This document shows positions 53,606 to 61,750 of a DNA stretch of 64,000 bases, in pieces. The stretch is from sequence record PP695294.1. One strand, 5' to 3'. Position 1 is the stretch's first letter. Each line of letters opens with the position of its first letter. Under the pieces are notes generated by a model, which saw only the letters and a program-made list of their open reading frames with translations, was not told where the DNA came from and did not search any database. The translations under genes and the position numbers were made by a program.

Positions 53606-54463
53606 ATGATTGATATTTATACCGACTATGCGGCTGTATTGACAGTCAACCGTCACGAAGGTCGTGCAGCACCGATGCTAGATTTAGTGACGCTCGGTAT
53701 GGATTACGGTTACGATGTGGCGTTATCCGATGTTTATAGCAACCCGTTGTCTGACCCCGCGGACGAAACTGTCCGTCTGGAATCCATTATCGTGAAGGTA
53801 GCGGTTGGATTAGGCAACCGCCTCGGTATCGGACTTAATCCACAAATCGTCTTCCAGAAACCGAAAGAAACCGTACGTATCCTTCACGGTGTGTTGGAAG
53901 CCTTCGAAGAGTTCGAAGACAGTGATGCCCTTTACGGGATTGTCTCCTCTGGTGAGACACCAGAGTATATCCTGGAGAACATGTGTCGTTATGTTTACGG
54001 CGACGAAAACCTGCACTTCGAAGACCTGATTACTGTTGTCAGCCCACGCGTGCTTACCGTGATGGAAAACTTCTTAGCGGCAGAGTCGTTGGAAAGCCAG
54101 AAAAGAAATGGCGATGATGAGCGCCAAGAGCGTATCGTCACTTACTTGCGGTTGTTCCCTGAGAACCCGTCAGCGTTTGTCTTTATGAATCTGCCTGCTG
54201 AACCAGACTTAACAGTGGTGCAACAATCGTTAGAATTTCGCGTAGAGGACATTAGCGAAATTGATTTGCTGACGATGTATGCGGTAGGTTTATCGATTAT
54301 TCCTCATGCGGAGTTTGACGGGGCTTACGGTGACTTAGAAAAGAACCTTGCCTTGTTGAACGTCGACAACGTCCCGCCTGGAGAAATCTTGCGGAAAGGA
54401 TTGGAAGCGTTGAAAGTCATATACGCTAGTGGGGACGCGGAGGTAGATGATGAACAAGATTGA
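53606..54463 (+). CDS. Conserved acidic protein, probably virion-associated (start revised to 53606)
   Basis: GGTATG late-type motif near 53572; precedes the vRNAP subunit gene. Confidence 0.6.
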   Translation: MIDIYTDYAAVLTVNRHEGRAAPMLDLVTLGMDYGYDVALSDVYSNPLSDPADETVRLESIIVKVAVGLGNRLGIGLNPQIVFQKPKETVRILHGVLEAFEEFEDSDALYGIVSSGETPEYILENMCRYVYGDENLHFEDLITVVSPRVLTVMENFLAAESLESQKRNGDDERQERIVTYLRLFPENPSAFVFMNLPAEPDLTVVQQSLEFRVEDISEIDLLTMYAVGLSIIPHAEFDGAYGDLEKNLALLNVDNVPPGEILRKGLEALKVIYASGDAEVDDEQD

Positions 54464-55745
54464 TTATCTGGTTGCTGCGTGTAAAGCAGAAGCTTGGCGT
54501 AGACTGGTGTGGCGTATTGCGGTTTTCAACGTGGCTATCTTTAATGAAAAAGGTGAGCCGCCTGAGCAATACGACCTGAACTATATTGACGGCTTACCCC
54601 ACTACTGGGAAAACGAAGAAACCAAGTGGGTGCCGATTGAAGGGTGCAAAAAAGATGAAGAGCTGTTCGTGCCGGAAGAGCAGTTTGAATTGCGTCCTGA
54701 GATGTACCCAGGTTTAGCTGGTCCCATTCCGACTACCGTGGGTCGCTATGTCTTTAACTGGATTGCTATCTACTACGCTTTCGGTACCCGTCTCCCGTAT
54801 CTGGCAGAGTCTCGTGACCCGCTAGCCTACCGTAAAGAGATGTATGAGCGTTGTGTGGAATATAATGACACCGATCCAGACAACGAAGACGCGATTCGAC
54901 CGTACATGATAGGACGCTTTGTAGGGGGTCTACACGAGCTTGCTCCGTTGTGTCGTGGGATTGCCCCAACAGGAACTATTAGAAGCCTTACAACGCATCC
55001 TGACGCGTATAAGGTACGAGATGCGTTGCTGTTGAAGCACAAAGACGAACTGGATAACCCTGCGGTTATCGTTATGATTGAAAAAGCTCTCGACGAACTT
55101 GATAAAGAGTGGTTGAGTGGCGACCAGTCCGTTGAGTTCTACAGCTCTCCTAAAGCGCGTATGCGTCGCCGTAAGCTGATGCTGATGTATGGTATTCAGA
55201 CCGCTTTTAAAGAAGGTGCAGATTTTACCTTAATCCCAACGAGTCTGATGGAAGTTGATCAGACCGGGATGAAGTATCTGGTAGAGAAGTTCAATGATAC
55301 GCGAGAAGGTTCCTTCATGCGTGGTGCAGAAACTGCCAAGGGCGGGGAGCAAGTACGTATCATCCAGATGATCTTCCAGAACCACAAAATCGTACCTGGT
55401 GATTGCGGGACAAAACTGACACATGCACTTGTAATTAACCAGTATAACTACAAGCGTTATGTTGGCATGAACGCGATGATTAACGGTAAAGTTACCCAAC
55501 TCACCGAAGAGTATTTGAAAACACAATTTGGTAAAGTTGTTCGACTCCGCCGACCCATCTTATGTCAGCAAGGTCACGTAGACTGTTGTGCGGCGTGCGC
55601 CTCTGCACACAAAGCAGAAGAGCCACGGGCAATCGCTGCGGATATCTCTTCCGGCTTCTCGAACGTTATGACCACTGCAATGGGTGCGATGCACGGTCGT
55701 GAAACCGTGGTTAAAGAGTACATCCCTAAATTCCACATCACCTAA
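54447..55745 (+). CDS. Virion RNA polymerase beta-prime middle subunit (phiKZ gp80-like)
   Basis: REGSFMRGAETAKGG; GDCGT; LRRPILC......CCAAC; TAMGAMH. Confidence 0.85.
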   Translation: MMNKIDYLVAACKAEAWRRLVWRIAVFNVAIFNEKGEPPEQYDLNYIDGLPHYWENEETKWVPIEGCKKDEELFVPEEQFELRPEMYPGLAGPIPTTVGRYVFNWIAIYYAFGTRLPYLAESRDPLAYRKEMYERCVEYNDTDPDNEDAIRPYMIGRFVGGLHELAPLCRGIAPTGTIRSLTTHPDAYKVRDALLLKHKDELDNPAVIVMIEKALDELDKEWLSGDQSVEFYSSPKARMRRRKLMLMYGIQTAFKEGADFTLIPTSLMEVDQTGMKYLVEKFNDTREGSFMRGAETAKGGEQVRIIQMIFQNHKIVPGDCGTKLTHALVINQYNYKRYVGMNAMINGKVTQLTEEYLKTQFGKVVRLRRPILCQQGHVDCCAACASAHKAEEPRAIAADISSGFSNVMTTAMGAMHGRETVVKEYIPKFHIT

Positions 55746-55758
55746 GGATTGTTTCCTC

Positions 55759-56259
55759 ATGACTAAGAAAGACACTACTACCCTTGACCCGCGTACAGAA
55801 GGCGTGGTCCGTGATAGCGCTTCTTACAGCAACGACGACCAATATCGTGTTAAACTGATCACCACGATGCTCGATGAAGCAGGTAACAATGCCGGCCCAC
55901 GTAAAGCATCTGGTACCCAGGCTGAGAAAGATGCGTATAATAAGCTGCATCACTCTTTCCGTGAGCTGTTTAAACTGCGCGGCCAGGCATTCCTGGACGG
56001 TTTCTACGCCTTTGTAGAAGCGGCTAATAAGCACCGTAACGGTATTTTCTACGCACCGGCTGCTAATAACCGTATCAGTGAGAACTTCCCGAATCGCGAC
56101 GAGCGTGAAGTCTTCGTTATCTTTATTAACATGCTGATTCGTTACGCACGTTGCGCCGACAAAGGCCGTTTCCGCGATACCAACGATGTTGACCGTCTGG
56201 CTCGTCGCTTGAACGACCCGGACCTGCGTTCGCTGGTTATGCACGCCTTTGGCGGTTAA
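55759..56259 (+). CDS. Conserved hypothetical protein (start revised to 55759, 166 aa)
   Basis: AAGGA SD. Confidence 0.65.
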   Translation: MTKKDTTTLDPRTEGVVRDSASYSNDDQYRVKLITTMLDEAGNNAGPRKASGTQAEKDAYNKLHHSFRELFKLRGQAFLDGFYAFVEAANKHRNGIFYAPAANNRISENFPNRDEREVFVIFINMLIRYARCADKGRFRDTNDVDRLARRLNDPDLRSLVMHAFGG

Positions 56260-56308
56260 ATAAAAGTACCTCTCTACCCTAGGGTAGAGAGGCCTTTCTT
56301 TTTTTTGT
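56260..56308. terminator. Bidirectional terminator
   Basis: CCTCTCTACC-CTAG-GGTAGAGAGG with flanking A- and T-tracts. Confidence 0.8.
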
Positions 56309-56309
56309 T

Positions 56310-58094
56310 TTAGAACCCGCAGATGTACTCCATAGGCTCTGTCACTACTTCCCCTTGCTTACGTAAGAACGTGGACAGGACAGTGTCTTTGTCCGGTAAG
56401 CAGAAGAAGTCTGTCGCTATTTCCATGGCATTAACTCGCCCAGCAGTTAAGTTGACGCCCGTGCGACGTCGAATCTCTTCACTAACCCCATTGATGGACA
56501 GTAGTTCGATGAGTGTGGTCTCACGAGACTGGTTCATCATGTTTGTGGCCGAAGGGTAGGCCTGGGTTAAGTCCGCATCCGCAGTTTGTCCACGGAACGC
56601 AGAGTAATATTCGTCAATCTCCTCCAGAATGTTGTTCAGACCGTTCTCAGCATTCATACATGCTGTCAGGGTAACAATCCAACCGTCCGTACCGATAACT
56701 TCTTCATCGTAATCGTTACGCATTGCAGACCCTACGGAACCGATGACGTATCCTTTGTCATACAGATAATAGGTAAAGGCCACGCAGATACGTTTTGGTA
56801 GCGACGGGAAGATATCGTACATCGAGAAACCTGCCAGAATGGATATTGCCGAAGACAAGTCGTTCGTCTTCTTATCCAACAACACGATTAACAAGTTATC
56901 CATCATGTTGTATACGGCATATTCGGCAGGGTAGTCCCGTTGTGCTTTTATGTGCCATTGCAGGTTATCTTCATACGGCAGTCCGGGAATGTCGAGTTTG
57001 TGTAAACCGAGTTCGGTGTACAGTATGGCAGATAACTTGTACGAAGGACGTTGCCCTTCGTGGACACGCAACGAACGGAATAACACCATGGCATCCACAC
57101 AGTAGAAAGACGCAGTACAGTAGAGTACGTGCCACTGTTGTGACGGTGCTTTGGTGAGTGACTTGGATTCCGTCTTTTTGTTCGCCTGGTCTTCTTTAAA
57201 CCACAGACGACGGTATTTCTCCGGCACATCCGGATGGTTAAAGACGCCCAGTGGATCGATACCTTCTTTCTGCAAGGTTTCCAACATGCGTGAAATATCG
57301 AACTGGTGGTTCCATGCGACCAGCAAATCAGGAAGACGCGGATGAATCTCTTCGAACATTCTGACGATGCACTGCCCTGCCGTAGCGCAGGTATAGGTGA
57401 AGATTTTATAACCACTGATAATGTCTTTGGTCTTTGTCACCTTTTCGCCAGTCTTTTTGTCTTTCTCATCGAATTCGATTTTGCTTAAGAGTTCCTGCGC
57501 TTTTTTGAGAATGACTTCTTCCGCGTTTTTACCGATGCGGTCCATGTAGTTCTTAGCACCAAAGAAATGGATTTCGTCGTCTAAGATAAATGACACGATC
57601 CACGGTTCCTTCGTGCCGTCCATTTCGTTAGTCTCCACGTCGTATACGCAAAGACGGTTAGGACTGATATTGTTCGGCCAGCGCTTTAAGTATTTCTGTT
57701 TAATCCAGCTGGTAATCGGTAAGTCGGCCCAATAAACGTACGGGCTAGTACAGACACGACGCAGGTTCTTTTTCGGGTCAGGGAAACGTGCACCTAAACC
57801 CATCTGCAACGTCTTCGCCATTTGTGCATCGGTGGTCCAGAGTTCTTGACATTTTCCTTTTTCTTCGAACTCTTTTTTCTCCTGGTGGTTACGATATTCT
57901 TCACGGGTAACGTACACCGGACGCTTTAAATTCTCACGCATTACCAAGCGCGGGATAAGCCTGCCATCCTTAGTATGGATGACCTCTTTGATGAGGACAA
58001 AGTCATTTTCTTTTTCTTCGTCCGTCGCATAAGCGACGTGTTTGCACTCTTTAGCGATGACATCCTCGGGTGCGTAATAGGTATTGATTTCCAT
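56310..58094 (-). CDS. Family B DNA polymerase, 3'-5' exonuclease subunit plus motif A (phiKZ gp82-like)
   Basis: ExoI YDVETNE; ExoII WNHQFD; ExoIII YNMMD; polymerase motif A DADLTQAYPS. Confidence 0.87.
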   Translation of the reverse strand: MEINTYYAPEDVIAKECKHVAYATDEEKENDFVLIKEVIHTKDGRLIPRLVMRENLKRPVYVTREEYRNHQEKKEFEEKGKCQELWTTDAQMAKTLQMGLGARFPDPKKNLRRVCTSPYVYWADLPITSWIKQKYLKRWPNNISPNRLCVYDVETNEMDGTKEPWIVSFILDDEIHFFGAKNYMDRIGKNAEEVILKKAQELLSKIEFDEKDKKTGEKVTKTKDIISGYKIFTYTCATAGQCIVRMFEEIHPRLPDLLVAWNHQFDISRMLETLQKEGIDPLGVFNHPDVPEKYRRLWFKEDQANKKTESKSLTKAPSQQWHVLYCTASFYCVDAMVLFRSLRVHEGQRPSYKLSAILYTELGLHKLDIPGLPYEDNLQWHIKAQRDYPAEYAVYNMMDNLLIVLLDKKTNDLSSAISILAGFSMYDIFPSLPKRICVAFTYYLYDKGYVIGSVGSAMRNDYDEEVIGTDGWIVTLTACMNAENGLNNILEEIDEYYSAFRGQTADADLTQAYPSATNMMNQSRETTLIELLSINGVSEEIRRRTGVNLTAGRVNAMEIATDFFCLPDKDTVLSTFLRKQGEVVTEPMEYICGF

Positions 58095-58164
58095 GGTCTA
58101 CTCTCAAATATGGTGTCTGCTATACTGATTTGTGGGTAACGTATTTTCTAAAAGGAACGTCTAA

Positions 58165-59517
58165 ATGGGACACTGGCAAAAGCACATAACCTCGTTGGCC
58201 GACGCGAAAGCCGTGGCCTCGGAGTCCATCGGATTCCAAGATAAAAAGAAACTCGCCTCTTTGGCGGAAGTGGTACGTAAGTTCCGTGATGCGGGCGACT
58301 TCTCGCCAGCGGGTTATCAGAGTTCTGGTATTGCTGCCTGGGTCTTTGACAACAACGGTATTACGGTCCTGCCTCGTAACGGGTCCGACTTAGGTGTGGC
58401 GGACGTTGTGTTTGCGGGTGTGGAGCCACCGAAGCTCGACGCGAACAACCCAATTATCGCCGACCTGCAACGCAAAATGGTGCAGGGTAACACCGACCTG
58501 GATGTCTACAGTAAGTTCTTAAAAGAGAACGAACTGAACGGCGAGTTCGACGATAAAAATGCGAAGCTTTCAGGCGAACTCAGCAAGGTGCCGTCCCCAC
58601 TTTGGCTGACCCCGAAACTACTGACCAGTATCGACTTAACGGATTTAGAAGTCGCGGCGATTATTCTACATGAAGTCGGCCACGTCTATTACTATTTCCG
58701 TACCTTGATGCGTACGGTGGTAACGAACCTGATTGCGGATGCTGCAGCGAACCGCATGATGCAAACCGAAGACCCGACAGTGCGTTTGAAAGTCGTAAAA
58801 GACGTTGAACGTATGCTGAACACCAAAGTGAATCAGCCGGAAACTATCTGCAAAGAGATGTCTAAAGAGAACATCTACATGCATCTGGTGACGGACATTC
58901 TGCTTGAGCGTCCGTTTGTTACCGGTTCGGAAGGGTTCGCTAACCGTACCTGGGAACGTGCTGCAGATGACTTCGCAGCTCGTTTTGGTGCAGCCCCGTA
59001 CCTGGCGTCAGCCCTGTACAAAATCGAAACGTCCCAATTCTATCTCTGCCGGAACGCGTCGTACATGAACTACGGTGTGCATCTGATGCTGGAAATGCTT
59101 AACGTTTCGCTGCTGATTGTGGCTTCGACTAATCCAGTTGGCCTGTTCTTCACGACTATCTCGGTGGCGTTCGGTCTGATTGTGAACGACCCACGCAACA
59201 CCATCTACGATCCGCCGCAGGAACGTTTTGAGACGATGCGTCGTAACTTAGTGGAGGAGCTGAACACCTTAAAAGGCAGTACCACGAAAGAAGCGAACGA
59301 ACATCGTAAACGTATTCTGCAGGGCATTGCGTCTATCGACGAACTACTGAAAACCGTGAAAGACAAAGACAACGTCTTTAGCTTCATCATGAAAACGCTG
59401 ACCCCTGGCGGTCGCCGTGAGCGTGCTGGGGTGGATTATCAGCGTACGATGGAGCGCTATCTTTCTAATGACCTGCGTGTGGCTTCTGCGAAGCTTAGTC
59501 AGGCGACTTCTTCCTAA
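58165..59517 (+). CDS. Head/ejection protein with a zincin HExxH motif
   Basis: 450 aa; A-S-E at residues 18-20 (prohead-protease-type site); LHEVGH and ERAAD motifs. Confidence 0.6.
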   Translation: MGHWQKHITSLADAKAVASESIGFQDKKKLASLAEVVRKFRDAGDFSPAGYQSSGIAAWVFDNNGITVLPRNGSDLGVADVVFAGVEPPKLDANNPIIADLQRKMVQGNTDLDVYSKFLKENELNGEFDDKNAKLSGELSKVPSPLWLTPKLLTSIDLTDLEVAAIILHEVGHVYYYFRTLMRTVVTNLIADAAANRMMQTEDPTVRLKVVKDVERMLNTKVNQPETICKEMSKENIYMHLVTDILLERPFVTGSEGFANRTWERAADDFAARFGAAPYLASALYKIETSQFYLCRNASYMNYGVHLMLEMLNVSLLIVASTNPVGLFFTTISVAFGLIVNDPRNTIYDPPQERFETMRRNLVEELNTLKGSTTKEANEHRKRILQGIASIDELLKTVKDKDNVFSFIMKTLTPGGRRERAGVDYQRTMERYLSNDLRVASAKLSQATSS

Positions 59518-59532
59518 GTAAGGGTACTTAAC

Positions 59533-59976
59533 ATGACGCATAAAGTTTCTTTAAATAACCTGGTACTGGATTTCAAACGTACCAACGAAGGGAAAGGCGT
59601 ACACGCCCAGCGTGCTTTGACCGGCCTGGTTGCTTTCTCACTGGCGTATAACGCGGTACTGGCTGATAATGGCCAATATGGCGCTGCAGAGGCCGCTGGG
59701 ACGTTTTTACGTCCGGTAATGCGTAATATCGTCTCTGACGTTAACGAGCTGTACTGTGTTGATTTGGGCGTGATTGAGGACATGACCGTGGGTCTGTACT
59801 GCAATCGTTACTGCAACGTGTATGGCGGCGCTAAAGCCCTGGAAAGTTTCTCTGTTCGTGAAATCTTCAACCAGGCGCTCGGTGAAGATATCTGGGAAAC
59901 CGTCGGTCTGTGGATTAGCCGCTTTATGGAGGTGGTTGGTTTCTACATGGCAGAACTGAAAGGGCAAATTTCATGA
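59533..59976 (+). CDS. Probable head protein (147 aa)
   Basis: Packed between two head-protein genes. Confidence 0.55.
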   Translation: MTHKVSLNNLVLDFKRTNEGKGVHAQRALTGLVAFSLAYNAVLADNGQYGAAEAAGTFLRPVMRNIVSDVNELYCVDLGVIEDMTVGLYCNRYCNVYGGAKALESFSVREIFNQALGEDIWETVGLWISRFMEVVGFYMAELKGQIS

Positions 59977-61706
59977 GCATGGAAATGACAGGTAACGCCA
60001 CCCACCCCAAATGGCGTTTGGGGGAGATCGGTGAAGTCCTGCGTTCACGTATGGCCGAGCGTATTGATTCTGTCAACCAGCTCAATCTGTACATGCAACG
60101 CAACGAAGCTGACTTAATCTACGGCTCTCGACTGATTCTGCAAATTGACGCGATTCTTGACGAAGTGCGTCGCGCAGGTCTGTCGAAAGATGTCGCTGTC
60201 GCTGTTGAATCTTCTCGCCCAGGTACAATTCCCGAAGCCGTTCGCAAAATCCTGACTTCGAACTATACCCGCACGCACCAGAAAGAGACTATTGTTGCGC
60301 TCGAATCCTGGGCAAATGCAGGTAAAGTGGGATTGGTTGTGCTGATCATGACCGCGATTATCAAAATCATCGGTTGGATTATCAGCAACGGTAACGGGTT
60401 TGCTGGTAATGGCGAATTCGACGGCGAAGGTTACGCTGAGAAAGTCGGCGAAAAAGCAGAGAGTTTCTCCCAGACCGAAAATACCATCATCGGTCAGCTG
60501 AAAATCAGCGCAGTGAAAGATGCATACATCGAAGCCTCTAAGGGTCTGAAAGGTCGTGACCTGGAAAACCTGAACTTGGCTATCGCGATGGCCGACGAAG
60601 TGTTTACGAACATGAACGCGGAAGAGTATCTGAACGACTTGAGCAGCGCGCTGGGTCGTTCGCCGTTCACTGAGTTGTTCAAAGGCTACACTAAGAAACG
60701 TCAGTCAAGCCAGCAGGTTATTCACGATCTGTTAGACACCCTGTTACAACACAACGTGACGTACGGTATCTACCCGATTGAAGTGGGTAAGAAAGCCTGG
60801 CAGGCGTTACCGAAGTCTGCTCGCGAAGCCGGTGTGCGTATTCCGAACCTGTTGAACTTCCAACAGATGTCGAATGTTGCCAGCGAACTTATCGGCTACT
60901 TTGGCTCCCTCCAAAGTGCCTTTAAAGCAATGATCGACCCAAGCGTCGCCGAAGGTTTTAAGAACCAGCAAGGTTCAACCACCACGCACAACGGTAAGCA
61001 AGTTAACAAAGCAGCACACGACACCGCGCTTATTTTCGGTCAGGCGTTAGCGCAGCTGAACACCACGATGAACTTCATCATCAGCGACGTTTCCCGCAAA
61101 GGATTCGAATACGCTACTGCACCTTTGGTCGTTATCCCAGAAAACAAAGTTCGTGGTTTGGTGGGTCATGACGATGGTGTGGACTTCGTGCCTGGTAAGG
61201 TATTGGTCAACGCACAAGCATCTGCGTTCTTGGGACGCGAGTGCTTAGAGCAAATGCGTCAGGCAGGCACGTTATCGGTTGGTGACGAACGTGAGTTGCT
61301 GGCTGTAGTGGTAACGTTAGGTAAACAAGGCTTTACCAACGACACCGCTGCGACTAACCTGAATCGTTACAGTGCACTGGATAAGGCGGTTAACAACACG
61401 ATTAAAGTGTTGGAGCAGTTCCAGAAAGCAACCAAGGATAACGTTGAATACGTTAACCTGATTAGCGAAGTCATCATGAATGAGCTTAATCAGCCTTCTG
61501 GCCTGCGTACCGACGGTCGTGAACTCTCGATGGTGTTATTCTCCCCAGACGGGGATGAAGACCTCTTCGTCGGCTTGCGACGTAACCTGTCTTTGGTGCG
61601 CCGTTGTTGCGGTGCTGCCGCTACACTGCAGACGATACTGAACCTGGCCAAACGTAACCCGTTGGTGAAAGGTAATAATCGCAAAAACATGCTTGACGGC
61701 GAATAA
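59973..61706 (+). CDS. Head/ejection protein (577 aa) with AxE propeptide sites
   Basis: AVE ending at residue 79 and ALE at 111, followed by a hydrophobic segment; ATGA coupling. Confidence 0.6.
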   Translation: MSMEMTGNATHPKWRLGEIGEVLRSRMAERIDSVNQLNLYMQRNEADLIYGSRLILQIDAILDEVRRAGLSKDVAVAVESSRPGTIPEAVRKILTSNYTRTHQKETIVALESWANAGKVGLVVLIMTAIIKIIGWIISNGNGFAGNGEFDGEGYAEKVGEKAESFSQTENTIIGQLKISAVKDAYIEASKGLKGRDLENLNLAIAMADEVFTNMNAEEYLNDLSSALGRSPFTELFKGYTKKRQSSQQVIHDLLDTLLQHNVTYGIYPIEVGKKAWQALPKSAREAGVRIPNLLNFQQMSNVASELIGYFGSLQSAFKAMIDPSVAEGFKNQQGSTTTHNGKQVNKAAHDTALIFGQALAQLNTTMNFIISDVSRKGFEYATAPLVVIPENKVRGLVGHDDGVDFVPGKVLVNAQASAFLGRECLEQMRQAGTLSVGDERELLAVVVTLGKQGFTNDTAATNLNRYSALDKAVNNTIKVLEQFQKATKDNVEYVNLISEVIMNELNQPSGLRTDGRELSMVLFSPDGDEDLFVGLRRNLSLVRRCCGAAATLQTILNLAKRNPLVKGNNRKNMLDGE

Positions 61707-61750
61707 AATAAAAGGCTACCCTCTCCTTCGGGAGAGGGTAGTGCTTTTTA
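61707..61750. terminator. Bidirectional terminator
   Basis: CTACCCTCTCC-TTCG-GGAGAGGGTAG with flanking A- and T-tracts. Confidence 0.85.
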
